From: a bacterium
GTDB taxonomy: Bacteria > UBA8248
Assembly (NCBI GenBank): GCA_965213625.1
Contig: CBDBZU010000004.1
Location: forward strand, 960,001-1,024,000
Length of the DNA stretch: 64,000 nucleotides
Direction: 5' to 3'
Below the pieces are notes generated by a model. The model was not told the origin of the DNA, made no database searches, and saw nothing but the letters and a program-made list of their open reading frames with translations. Both the position numbers and the translations under genes were made by a program. Below, piece by piece: positions 52,858 to 62,866 of this stretch. Numbering within the stretch: the stretch's first letter is position 1; each line of letters begins with the position of its first letter.

Positions 52858-54234
52858 TCAAACCTTTTTCGGTAATGTGGAATGAAATGCCTGGCGCGCG
52901 ATGTCTCGCCCTGCCTTCAATGCCTGTGTGTTATCGATTTCCCAATGAACGCCGCCGTAGATGCGGCTCATCCCGTTTTCTTCCGCCATGTGGGTGAGGC
53001 TGCGCCAGTGCCTGGTGACGCCCCTCAGTTGCGGCCACAACACCTGATCGGGCGAGCGGCCCGAGAATGAAACGTCGTCGCGGCCATGAATCAGCGCGAT
53101 CAACTCGGCGGCGGCGCCGCCGAACGTGGAATGTCCCGAAGTGTAGGAGGGAAATTCCGGGGTCGGAATGTAGCTGCGCCAGCCGGCTTGCCGCTTCACG
53201 CGCGGGTCGGGGTTGCCGAATTTGGGCGCGCGCATGCGAATGGCCGTTTCCGGGCGGAGGACGTCGTAATGATATTTGTTGTCCCACGCGCAAATGGAGG
53301 CGTCGCACTGCGTCATGCCGACCAGGGCGAGGGCGCGCGCGAGTTCGATGAAGCCGAGATCGCGATCCTGCAAGATCTGCATGGCGATATAGATCATGTG
53401 CCCGGGCTGGGTGATGCCCCAGGGGCCGTCTTCCCAGAAGAGCGCAATCTCCGCCTCCTCGGGGGTCCGGATGGTGCTGTCCATTCCCCCGATGCGGCGG
53501 ATGCGGTCGAATTCTTCGGCGAACTCGGGGCTGGCCGGATTGTGGAAACCAGAGACGCGAAACTGTGAGCCGCTTTTCATCGTCCAGGGCTTGATCCGTC
53601 CTTGTCCCGGATACAGACCGCGATCGAAAGAGGCGAACGCCGGCCCCGGTTTCGCGCCATAGAACGGGCCGGTGGGGCGCCACCGCAAAGAGTCCTTGCG
53701 CCGCTCGTAGCGGCCCAGATAATAGTTGGTCTCGCTGGGTTCGGCGCCGTCGTTCGTCCGTATCGAGAGCACCTTGTCGGCGGCCGCGCGACCCCACTTT
53801 ACACCGAGGTCTTTCGCCTCACTTCCGGGGAAGCGATTCAAAAACGCCATGCGCTCCAAGAGAAAGGGCTGCTGGAACGCTTCCGCCGCCGCGTGGGCGA
53901 AGGCCACGCCGTAGGCGACTTCCGGGTCCGCACCGCGCGGACCGGACCCGACGCCGAAAGGCTCCTCGTAAGCTTGGAGAATCCCGTTCGCGGCGAGAAA
54001 GCCGGCGGCCAGGGGCAGGCTGCAGCAATATGCCGCCAGGGGCGCGGTGGCCCTTTGGTCGCGCACCTGTTGCAGGGCCTCATCCACCCAGCGAAAGACG
54101 GTGTTCCGGTTTTTGGGTTTGATGATCTGGCTCGTGTAGGAGGTTTTGTTGCCTTGGGGACCGGCGCACCCGGTCGCGAGTAGTGCGGAGGCTGCTGTGG
54201 TGCTCTTCAAAAACTGCCTTCTCGTGTAGTTCAT
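52858..54234 (-). CDS. Vanadium-dependent haloperoxidase (PAP2 superfamily), Tat lipoprotein
   Basis: TRRQFLK plus ATGC; WDNKYHYDVLRP, PSYTSGHS, SRIYGGVH. Confidence 0.88.
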   Translation of the reverse strand: MNYTRRQFLKSTTAASALLATGCAGPQGNKTSYTSQIIKPKNRNTVFRWVDEALQQVRDQRATAPLAAYCCSLPLAAGFLAANGILQAYEEPFGVGSGPRGADPEVAYGVAFAHAAAEAFQQPFLLERMAFLNRFPGSEAKDLGVKWGRAAADKVLSIRTNDGAEPSETNYYLGRYERRKDSLRWRPTGPFYGAKPGPAFASFDRGLYPGQGRIKPWTMKSGSQFRVSGFHNPASPEFAEEFDRIRRIGGMDSTIRTPEEAEIALFWEDGPWGITQPGHMIYIAMQILQDRDLGFIELARALALVGMTQCDASICAWDNKYHYDVLRPETAIRMRAPKFGNPDPRVKRQAGWRSYIPTPEFPSYTSGHSTFGGAAAELIALIHGRDDVSFSGRSPDQVLWPQLRGVTRHWRSLTHMAEENGMSRIYGGVHWEIDNTQALKAGRDIARQAFHSTLPKKV

Positions 54235-54760
54235 TGCTCGGATCCTTTCTATGAATGCAATGAATGAAAACCGTTCCCGGACCCGTTCGACGTGATTCCA
54301 GAGCCAAGAAGTCGCGCCTCGAGCGTAATCGCGCACTTCGCCATCCTCACGCACGCTTCCGGACAGGCGGATAGACGCAATGGCGTCGCGGCGCTCTTGG
54401 GTGGACTTCTTTGTTCTGGAAAAAAGGACGAACAGGTAGGGACTTACCTTTCCGTATTTCCCTTAACTTAACTTTCTATTTCCTGGTACACCAACCTTTC
54501 TTAACTACCCCATGGAACCAAATTTCAAGACGGTACAAAATCCAAAGCCATACGAGTGGAAATAGACAAGACCTTCCAGTTGTTACTCGCAGAATCGCCC
54601 CCTCGCAGGCGATGCAGGAGATGTTGGAAAATCATTTCCTAAGCTGATGGCTCGGGACATATCTCATAGCCCCAAAACCGAGTCAAGCATGAAAGCAGGT
54701 GAACCGTCGTCTTGCCGATTTTTCATGGCGTCCCAAATAGGGGAGGAAATGCGCTCTCTC

Positions 54761-56068
54761 CTACCTCGGTTCCAGGCCGTGTCTACGCATGTATGCCTGC
54801 AGCCAGAGCGCGAGGGCTAACGAGACGAACATGAAGGCGATGATGGTGGCGAAAGGAATGAAGTAGCTCTTCGTGTAGTCGAACATGAAGCCCGCGAATG
54901 GAGCGCCGACGACCCCTCCCAGCCCATAGAAGATCTCCATGAAGCCGATGATGACGCCGTAGGTACGTCCCCCGAAGCAATCCCCCGCCAGGGCGGAATA
55001 GCACGCGCTCATGGCGCCGATGCCGATGCCGTACACGAGCGCGAAGGCGTAGCCCGGCAGAATGCCCCCGCCGAAGTAAGGGATGAGGATGAGGAGCGTG
55101 AGGCCCGCAGCCACTACCACGGCTGCAAGCGCTACCCCGCGCCCGCGCCCGATGAGGTCCCCCACCCATCCACCGCCGATGCTTCCGAACGTTCGGATGA
55201 AGCCGACGGAGCCGAAGATGATCGCGGCAAGGGCGGTGCCGTATCCCACGTCGACGAGATAGAGCTGCAACTGGCTCATGATGGTGTTGTTGTTCAGCCC
55301 GATTGCGAAGACCATCAGCAGGAGGCACCAAAAGCGGATGTCACGCTTCACGACGGAAAAGACCTCCCACACGCCCTTGCCCTCGCCGCCGTGGCCGACG
55401 CCCGCTCTCGCCAGCTCCTCGGGGGTGCGGGGCGGGTCGCCGTCCGGCCCCTGCCCGACGTCTTCGGGCACATCGCGCAGTAGCAGAAATGCAGTTGGCG
55501 CGACGACGCACAGCACGACGAGGCCGTAAATCACGTACGTGTAGCGCCAGCCGACCGAGGCGATGAGCCGCTCGATCAGGGGCGCCAGGAGGAGGATGCC
55601 GATTCCGATGCCCGAGAGTGCGATCCCCGTGGCGCGGCCACGTTTTCTGATGAACCAGCGCGGCATGATGGCGCTGTGCGTGGAGAAACCACTCAGCGAG
55701 AGACCGAAGCCGGCGAAAAGCCCGAAGAGGATGTAAAGATGCCAGAGTGAGGAGACGAAGTAACACGCGATGAACGTGAGGCCCAGTATCACCGAACCCC
55801 ATGGCAGAATGGCGCGCGGGCCTTTTTTCTCCAAAAGCGAGCCGGCAAATGGTGCGCCGATGGCGTAGGTAGCCATGGATAGCGAGAACGCCCCGCTCAG
55901 AAGGCCCCGACTCCAGCCGAACTCCTCGAGCAGGGGAACCTGGAAGATGCCGAAGGAAAACCGCGTGACGACGTGGAACGCCAGCGTGGCGAAAGAGAGC
56001 CAGACGATGAGCCAGCCGTAGTAGAACCTGGGCTTGTTGGCGGGGCTGCTACCTTGGGACCTGGACAT
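54761..56068 (-). CDS. MFS transporter (OFA/MCT-like)
   Basis: About 12 TM; FYYGW, EFGWSRG, WF..KRG.ATG. Confidence 0.92.
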   Translation of the reverse strand: MSRSQGSSPANKPRFYYGWLIVWLSFATLAFHVVTRFSFGIFQVPLLEEFGWSRGLLSGAFSLSMATYAIGAPFAGSLLEKKGPRAILPWGSVILGLTFIACYFVSSLWHLYILFGLFAGFGLSLSGFSTHSAIMPRWFIRKRGRATGIALSGIGIGILLLAPLIERLIASVGWRYTYVIYGLVVLCVVAPTAFLLLRDVPEDVGQGPDGDPPRTPEELARAGVGHGGEGKGVWEVFSVVKRDIRFWCLLLMVFAIGLNNNTIMSQLQLYLVDVGYGTALAAIIFGSVGFIRTFGSIGGGWVGDLIGRGRGVALAAVVVAAGLTLLILIPYFGGGILPGYAFALVYGIGIGAMSACYSALAGDCFGGRTYGVIIGFMEIFYGLGGVVGAPFAGFMFDYTKSYFIPFATIIAFMFVSLALALWLQAYMRRHGLEPR

Positions 56069-56147
56069 TCGCTTCCTTATTGTTGCGACGAATCACGAAA
56101 TTTGAGGGGAGTATACATCCCGTCCTCGTTCCGGGCGAAGCGATGCA

Positions 56148-57050
56148 TCAATCTTCCCCAAAACACATCGCCGTCTGAAAATGGATGTCTACGGTATCCG
56201 CAGGGTTCTGGGCGTATCCGCCGCCCAGGGTCCCTGCCACGGGAATTCCGTGCGCACGGCATTGTTCGAGGACGTACGCATCGCGCCGTTTCAAGCCTTC
56301 CTTCGATAGCTTGAGCGTTCCGAGTTGATCCCCCGCATAGGGGTCCGCCCCCGCTTGATACATCACCAAGTCGGGCTTGTGCTCATCGAGTATCTTCGGG
56401 ATATGTTTTTCCAGGTGCGGAAGGTATTCATCCTCCGTCGCGAGGTCGTAGAGGCCGATATCCAAATCGCTTCTTTTCTTCTGCGGGTAGATGTTCTCCT
56501 GATGGATAGAGAATGTGAACACCGACTCCTCGCGCCTGAAGATGACGGCGGTGCCGTTTCCCTGGTGCAGGTCGCAATCGATCACGGCGGCTCTTTTGAT
56601 GGCGCCCTCATTGATGAGTACGCGCACGGCGACCGCCAGGTCGTTCACGTAGCAAAACCCTTCGGCCTGATCGGCGAAGGCATGATGGAAGCCGCCCGTG
56701 AGGTTCAGGGCGCGGCCTCTCTGAATCGCCTCGCGCGCGGCGAGAATCGTGCCGCCCGTCGCCAGAAAGCTCGCATCCACGATCTGCTTGCTGATGGGGA
56801 GCTCGCTCGGCGCCGTGCGTGCGGTGTGAACGCTAGAGCGCAGATCCGCCAGATATTCCTGCGTGTGAACGAGGGCCAGCTCCTCATCCGTCGCGGCGCG
56901 GGGCGCCAGAAAAGCGGCATCGGGAAGACCGGCCTCTCTCAGTCTGGCGTGGGTTTTCTGGTATTTTTCGGCTTGCAGGACGTGCTGGCCGATGTAGGCG
57001 TAATAACCTTCGTGAAAGATGAAAACGCAGTGCTCAGGAGGCGCTCTCAT
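56148..57050 (-). CDS. Histone deacetylase family protein
   Basis: GGFHHA..GFCYVND, DCDLHQGNGT, AGAD, GGGY. Confidence 0.93.
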   Translation of the reverse strand: MRAPPEHCVFIFHEGYYAYIGQHVLQAEKYQKTHARLREAGLPDAAFLAPRAATDEELALVHTQEYLADLRSSVHTARTAPSELPISKQIVDASFLATGGTILAAREAIQRGRALNLTGGFHHAFADQAEGFCYVNDLAVAVRVLINEGAIKRAAVIDCDLHQGNGTAVIFRREESVFTFSIHQENIYPQKKRSDLDIGLYDLATEDEYLPHLEKHIPKILDEHKPDLVMYQAGADPYAGDQLGTLKLSKEGLKRRDAYVLEQCRAHGIPVAGTLGGGYAQNPADTVDIHFQTAMCFGED

Positions 57051-57058
57051 CGCGGGGG

Positions 57059-58258
57059 CTAGACGATTCCCTTGTCTCTTAAGCCGGATATGGTCGCGCT
57101 GTCGTAGCCGATTCCTTCGAGCACCTCGTCGGTATGCTTGCCCATGGGAGGCCCCGCCCAGCGGATTGTGCCCGGCGAGCCGTTGAGCCTCGGGATCACG
57201 TTTTGCATCTTGATGGGGCCGAGCTCCTCATCCTCCACGGTGGTGATGGTCTCGCGCGCTTGAACGTGGGGGTCCGCCATGAACTGGGCCACGTCGTAAA
57301 TGGGCCCCAGGGCGCATTCGTGTTTTTCGAAATGAGCAATCGTCTCATCGAGCGTGTGCTCGCTTATCCAGGCCTGGATGGCGCCGTCGAGTTCGCCCAT
57401 GTTCTCCACCCGGCCCGCCTGGGTCACCATCCTGGGGTCGTCGCCGAGATCCTCACGCCCCACGGCGCGCATGACGCGCTTGAAGATGTTCTCCGCACTT
57501 GCGGATATCACGACGTAGCGCCCGTCCTTGCAGCGGTAGGCGTTCCTCGGCGCGGCGAAGGGGATGGCGTTTCCGGTGCGCATCTGGACGTAACCGAGCT
57601 GGTCGTATTCGAGCGGCTGGGGTCCCAGCACCATGGTGATGGGTTCGTAGATGGCGATGTCGATCTCCTGTCCCGGCGCGTCGTGGACGTCCCGGTGGTA
57701 GAGCGCCATCATCACGGCGTAGGTGCCGCACAGCGCGCTGATGCCGTCGGCCAGGGCGAAGGGCGGCAGCGTGGGCGGCCCGTCGGGGAAGCCCGTGATG
57801 TGCGCGAAGCCGCTCATCGCCTCGGCCAGCGTGCCGAAGCCGGGCCTTTGCGCGTAGGGGCCTTTTTGCCCGAAGCCGCTCGTCCGCGCCAAGATGAGCT
57901 TGGGGTTCAAGGCGTGGAGGCTCTCCCAGGAAAAGCCCCATCGCTCCATCGTGCCGGGGCGGAAGTTCTCCACCAAGACGTCGGCGCTCTCGCACAGCTT
58001 GCGGACAATCTCCTGCCCCTCGGGCGAAGAGATGTTGCAAGTGATGGATTTCTTGTTCCGGCTCGCGAGCTTCCACCACAGCGAGACGCCGTCTTTCTGG
58101 GAGGCGAAGTTTCGGAGAGAGTCGCCGCGCGGGTGTTCGATCTTGATCACCTCGGCTCCGAAATCCGCCATGTAGGTGGCTATCCAGGGGCCGGCGAACA
58201 GGGTTCCGATGTCGATGACCCGCACGCCCTCGAGGGGCATTTTTTTTGTTTCGCTCAT
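57059..58258 (-). CDS. CaiB/BaiF family CoA-transferase
   Basis: FAGPW..ADFGAEVIKIE, RNKKS, ENFRPGT. Confidence 0.95.
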   Translation of the reverse strand: MSETKKMPLEGVRVIDIGTLFAGPWIATYMADFGAEVIKIEHPRGDSLRNFASQKDGVSLWWKLASRNKKSITCNISSPEGQEIVRKLCESADVLVENFRPGTMERWGFSWESLHALNPKLILARTSGFGQKGPYAQRPGFGTLAEAMSGFAHITGFPDGPPTLPPFALADGISALCGTYAVMMALYHRDVHDAPGQEIDIAIYEPITMVLGPQPLEYDQLGYVQMRTGNAIPFAAPRNAYRCKDGRYVVISASAENIFKRVMRAVGREDLGDDPRMVTQAGRVENMGELDGAIQAWISEHTLDETIAHFEKHECALGPIYDVAQFMADPHVQARETITTVEDEELGPIKMQNVIPRLNGSPGTIRWAGPPMGKHTDEVLEGIGYDSATISGLRDKGIV

Positions 58259-58559
58259 GGAATCGGCGCATCCTCAGGATTAGGAGCCAATGTATCACGG
58301 CCCCGGATGGGTCACGAAGTACGTTTCGCGGGACGCCCCGATGGTAGCAAAGCGCGGATGCGCCAGCAACGATTCGGGCGGATTCACGCCCCATGCCGAC
58401 TGGCCGTTCGGCGGGAGATCGATTCCAATCGGGCAGGGTTGTCTTCTTTCTTGCAGGGTCCGTATACGGGGTTGTTGAAAATGCCCGACGAGGGAGGGTT
58501 CGACCCCACCGGCGCGGCGGCGAGCTTCACAGAACCCCAGACGCCCAAGAGCCCCTAAC

Positions 58560-58671
58560 CCTCAACCTGAGTAGGCGCGTGAGCGCCGTATCGAAGGATG
58601 GGGGGCGCATCTATCCGGTGGGTGCTGACTTCGCCCTTCGATACGCGGCTTCGCCGCTACTCAGGGTGAGG
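58560..58671. repeat. Second copy of the branched palindromic element
   Basis: CCTCAACCTGAGTAG-hairpin-GTATCGAAGG ... CCTTCGATACG-hairpin-CTACTCAGGGTGAGG; lone TIR-like GGGGTTGTTGAAAA at 58468-58481. Confidence 0.8.
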
Positions 58672-58858
58672 TGGAGCGGTGGGCTGCGCAGGACGGGGAG
58701 GAGAGGGCGAGGGGAGTGTTTTCGAGCCAAGGGACATGAGGCTCGCTGACGCGAAACTTTCTTTTTGCATGGACTTATCTCTCCCATGTTGGGATAATCC
58801 AGATTCCTGAAACGGCCCTTTTTTGCTTTTCGGGTCTTGCCGCATTCGGAGGTTTCGC

Positions 58859-59992
58859 ATGAAGTCTATTTTCATCGCCTTGTTGTTCGCGTTGTTGTTT
58901 CTGGCCCCCGCGCACCTGGGTGCGCCTTCACGCACGCCCGAAGGCATGGGCATGGTGATTCAAGAAGCCGAGGCGAGGCGCTTCGGCGGATTCCGCTCCT
59001 TCGGGTTCCGCGGCTCGCGCGGGTTCGGCAGCTTCGGGCGCAGGGGCTTCTCCAGGCGCTCGTTCGGATCGCGTCCCCGCGCCCGCGGTTTTACGCGAAG
59101 ACCGTTCCAGAGGCGCTCGTTCCTGGGTGGGGGCTTAGGCTCGGGCCTGTTCGCCGGCATCGGCGGGTTTCTGCTGGGCGGGATGATTGGACGCATGCTC
59201 TTCGGCGGGATGGGCGGCATGGGAATGGGAGGCGGATTCGGAATTCTGGAAATTCTCCTTATCGGCGGCATCATCTTCTTCATCTTCCGGATGATGAGAA
59301 ACCGCACCGCCGCCGCTTCCCAGGAGCCGCGCTATTCGGGAGAGCGCTACGCCGAGGCCGACCCCTACGGCGTGGGGGGATATGAGGAGGAGCCGCACGA
59401 CAGGTACGAAGAACCCCGCAGGCAGGAGAGGTCAGGCGGCGTATACCGCGGCCCGGATATCGGTTCGGCCGGCGGTTCGACCCGTTCGGCAAGAGGTTCG
59501 AGCGGTGGCCCGGCCCCCGGGGATCGGGCCACCCACCGTGATTCCGCGAGTGATGCGGCGCTTCGGAAAATGAGCGAGAGCGACGCTTCTTTTTCGGAAC
59601 AAGCCTTCGTCGGCCTGGCGAAGGAGAACTTCATCCGATTCCAGAACGCCTGGACGGCGCGCGATCTGGGTCCCGTCCGTGACCTGATGGACAAGGAGAT
59701 TTACACCGAGGTCGAGCGGGACCTCGAAGGCCTTAAGAGCGAGGGGAAGATCAACAAGCTCGACGACGTGGACATCAAAAGCGCCGAGATTGTCGAGGCC
59801 TGGAACGAAGAGGGTTATGATTTCATCACCTTGCGCTATGAGGCGAGCCTTTGCGATTACGTGGTGGACGAGCGAAGCGGGAATATCGTCGAGGGCAGCC
59901 GTACGGAGCGGGTGAATTTCTCGGAACACTGGACGTGGGTGCGGCCCGAGGGGCCGAACCAGTGGTTCTTATCCGCCATCGAGCAGGCGTGA
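58859..59992 (+). CDS. Tim44-like domain protein
   Basis: Signal/anchor, Gly-rich TM region, C-terminal F.RFQ.AW...D....F.E.WT...W.L.AIEQ. Confidence 0.88.
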   Translation: MKSIFIALLFALLFLAPAHLGAPSRTPEGMGMVIQEAEARRFGGFRSFGFRGSRGFGSFGRRGFSRRSFGSRPRARGFTRRPFQRRSFLGGGLGSGLFAGIGGFLLGGMIGRMLFGGMGGMGMGGGFGILEILLIGGIIFFIFRMMRNRTAAASQEPRYSGERYAEADPYGVGGYEEEPHDRYEEPRRQERSGGVYRGPDIGSAGGSTRSARGSSGGPAPGDRATHRDSASDAALRKMSESDASFSEQAFVGLAKENFIRFQNAWTARDLGPVRDLMDKEIYTEVERDLEGLKSEGKINKLDDVDIKSAEIVEAWNEEGYDFITLRYEASLCDYVVDERSGNIVEGSRTERVNFSEHWTWVRPEGPNQWFLSAIEQA

Positions 59993-60005
59993 TACCTGGA
60001 AAATC

Positions 60006-60371
60006 TTAAGGAGCGGACACCTTGTCCGAATCGGGGGCGGGGACTTCCTCGTCTTCTTCGCCGTAGCGCCTGCCGCCTTCCCAATCCTTGAGCGACCACC
60101 AGAAGTAGATGATGCTGCCCATGATAGCCGTCATGACGAGGGCGAATCCCACCAGAAAATACTGCGGTAGCGCGGAGCGGTAGGCGACGGGCGGAGCGTT
60201 TGCGCCCGGTGCGGCTCCGGTGGTTTGCGCGGGTGGGGCCATTTTCGCCTGGATAATGGCTTGTTCGGCCTGAAATGCCGTGTAGCCCCAGTAGATCATC
60301 CCGCCCACGAGCGCGAGAATGAGGACGGTGCAGACGGGCCATTTGAGGCCGGTTTTTTTCGTCTCGCTCAA
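60006..60371 (-). CDS. Hypothetical 2-TM membrane protein
   Basis: Two TM segments with a Pro/Ala linker; 4-nt overlap with the LLM gene. Confidence 0.65.
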   Translation of the reverse strand: MSETKKTGLKWPVCTVLILALVGGMIYWGYTAFQAEQAIIQAKMAPPAQTTGAAPGANAPPVAYRSALPQYFLVGFALVMTAIMGSIIYFWWSLKDWEGGRRYGEEDEEVPAPDSDKVSAP

Positions 60372-61318
60372 TTTCTCACCTCGGGTATCACCTCTTCCGC
60401 CAGAAGCGCCATCTGGTCCATTTCTTCATCCGCCGGGCCTGCGTGCTTGAAGATGAAGTGCGTTGCGCCCGCCTCCTGGAACTCCGCTATCTGCTCCAGG
60501 CAACGCTCGCGCGGCCCATAGAATAAATACTTTTGGGCGATGCCGTCAAAATCCATGTTGTAGCGTCTGGAGAGATTCTTGATGCCCTCGCGCAGGGCGT
60601 GTTCCGCATCCTCGTGAACATAGATGAACGCATGGTGCGCGGGCGTCCACGCGCCTCCTTCGATATCGAGAGACCTTCCCGCTTCTTCCGCCCATTGCTT
60701 CATGTCTTCCAGTCCCTTGGCGAAGCGGGGCGCGGAGAACATATAGGAGACGTAGCCCTCACACCTGAGCGCCGCTCTTTTACGGGCGGCGTCGCTGCGT
60801 CCCCCGACCCAGATGGGGGGGCCGCCGGGCGTGGACGGGGCCGGCGTCTGGCGCGCGTCCGTAAAACGCCAGAAACGCCCCTCGTGGCTCACCGCTTCGC
60901 CGCTCCAGAGTTTTCGCACGATTTCGATGGACTCATCCGTCCTTGCGCCGCGCTCTTTTACGGGCACGCCGCAAAGCTCGAACTCGGTTTTTCCCTCGCC
61001 CCCTACGCCGACGCCGAAGACGAAGCGTCCCCCACCCGTGAGGTAATCCACAGTGGCGGCGGTCTTGGCGGCGATGGCGGGTCTCCTGAGCGGCAGGAGG
61101 TAGACGCCCACCCCCAGCGTGATGCGGCTGGTGCGCGCCGCGAAGGCGGCCAGCGTTGTGAGGCTCTCGGTGTAATGGCCGTGAAAGGAAATGTGATCGC
61201 CGATCCACAGAGAATCGTAGCCCAGGGCTTCGGCGCTCTCGACGAACGTGTACAATTCATCCGGCGTAAAAATGCGCTCGGGGTGCATGCCGAAGCTGAT
61301 GCCGAATTTCGTTTTCAT
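60368..61318 (-). CDS. LLM class flavin-dependent oxidoreductase
   Basis: AEALGYDSLWIGDH, GRFVFGVGVG, PPIWVGG. Confidence 0.92.
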   Translation of the reverse strand: MKTKFGISFGMHPERIFTPDELYTFVESAEALGYDSLWIGDHISFHGHYTESLTTLAAFAARTSRITLGVGVYLLPLRRPAIAAKTAATVDYLTGGGRFVFGVGVGGEGKTEFELCGVPVKERGARTDESIEIVRKLWSGEAVSHEGRFWRFTDARQTPAPSTPGGPPIWVGGRSDAARKRAALRCEGYVSYMFSAPRFAKGLEDMKQWAEEAGRSLDIEGGAWTPAHHAFIYVHEDAEHALREGIKNLSRRYNMDFDGIAQKYLFYGPRERCLEQIAEFQEAGATHFIFKHAGPADEEMDQMALLAEEVIPEVRN

Positions 61319-61542
61319 CCCTGGTTTTCCTCGTTCACGATTTTAAATTCCGCCCCTGTGGATAATGTTGAGGAAACTAGAGCACCCGCCCACGGGGGTC
61401 AACTCGCCCGGGCGAAACACCGGAATGTGAGCAGAAACATTCAAATCCATCGCATCGGCCCGATCGTGTTTTGACACACCTCTCGGGCGACTTTAATATC
61501 CCCTCGCCGCTGTTCTCATCGTTTTCTTGAAAGGGGTATTTC

Positions 61543-62856
61543 GTGGTTCAGGTTCGGGCGTTTCGCGCGCTGAGATATTCGAATATCGCACCGGAAGAAA
61601 TGGGAGATGTCTCCTCCCCGCCTTATGATGTCTTTACCTCCGAGATCAGGCGTTCGTTTTACGAGCGTCACCCGCTGAACATCGTGCGGCTGATTCAGGG
61701 CGAAATCCTGAAGGGTGAGGATGGAGACGCGGGCCGCGTGGGGCGCGCGGTCGATTATCTCAAGAACTGGCGCGCGAACGGGGAGATGACCCTGGACGAT
61801 ACGCCCGCGCTCTATCCCTACCGCCAGCGTTTCGCGCTGCCCGACGGGACGCGTCTGGAGCGGAATGCGTTTTTCGCGGCGGTGAAGCTCGAACCCTACG
61901 GCGCGGGCGAAATCCACCCCCACGAGCAGACCTTCCCCAAGCCCAAGGGTTATCTGTTTGATCTTTGGGGGAGGAGCGGCGCGCATCTCGGGCCGATTTT
62001 CAGCTTTTACGACGAACCCAACGAAACGGCGAACAACGCCTTAAAGAACGCGGAGAAGGGCGCTCCCATCGCTGATTTCGAGGACGACGGCGTGCGCCAC
62101 ACGCTGTGGCGGTGCGATGATCCAGAAGTTATCGCTATCGCGCAGGAATCGCTTCTTGGGAAAGAGGCGTTCATCGCCGACGGCCACCACCGCTATGAGA
62201 CGTCCCTGGACTTGAGAGACGCCGCCCGCGCGAATGGCGCTGCCTTAGGGGGCGAGGCGGACTTCACGCTCATGTGCCTGGCCAACATTGCGGACCCGGG
62301 CATGGTGATTCTGCCCACCTACAGGCTGCTCAAGAAGGTATCCGCCACGACCGAAGAAGCGCTCGCCGCGCTGGCCGGGAAATACGATGTCCTGGAAGAG
62401 ACGGCGCCCGAGGCGGGCGCCTGCGGCCGGGTGGCCGAGCGGCTGTCGGCATTATCCGGAGCGAACGGCGGGGCCAGCGTGTTCTGTCTCTATGACGGCG
62501 GCGCGAACGTCCGCTATCTCATCGGCAGACACGGCGCGGCAGCCGCCTCCGTGGAAGAAGCCGTCGCCGCGCTCGATGTGAGCCGCCTCCATGCGGACAT
62601 CGTGGATGGCGCGTTCCAGGCCTCTCACGAGGAGGGGGATATCGCCTTCACGCCCGATCCGGAGATTGCGTTTTCCTGCGCCAGGAGCGGGGAGTGCGCG
62701 GTGGCCGTTTTGCTGAATCCCACGCCCCTCGAGTCGGTGTGCGAGATCGCCAAGGCGGGCGGGAAGATGCCGCACAAGTCCACCTATTTCTATCCCAAGA
62801 TACGCACCGGCTTGGTTGTTCACGCATACGCTCCCCCGGCAGGGGATACCTCCTGA
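61543..62856 (+). CDS. DUF1015 family protein
   Basis: PPYDV, PHEQT..K, IADGHHRYET, MPHKSTYFYPK. Confidence 0.9.
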   Translation: MVQVRAFRALRYSNIAPEEMGDVSSPPYDVFTSEIRRSFYERHPLNIVRLIQGEILKGEDGDAGRVGRAVDYLKNWRANGEMTLDDTPALYPYRQRFALPDGTRLERNAFFAAVKLEPYGAGEIHPHEQTFPKPKGYLFDLWGRSGAHLGPIFSFYDEPNETANNALKNAEKGAPIADFEDDGVRHTLWRCDDPEVIAIAQESLLGKEAFIADGHHRYETSLDLRDAARANGAALGGEADFTLMCLANIADPGMVILPTYRLLKKVSATTEEALAALAGKYDVLEETAPEAGACGRVAERLSALSGANGGASVFCLYDGGANVRYLIGRHGAAAASVEEAVAALDVSRLHADIVDGAFQASHEEGDIAFTPDPEIAFSCARSGECAVAVLLNPTPLESVCEIAKAGGKMPHKSTYFYPKIRTGLVVHAYAPPAGDTS

Positions 62857-62866
62857 CGCTTGCGGT

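Noticed and set aside
61357-61365. Perfect DnaA box TGTGGATAA (another at 11478-11486 inside mnmE)
   Set aside because: Isolated 9-mers with no cluster or unwinding element; could be chance.
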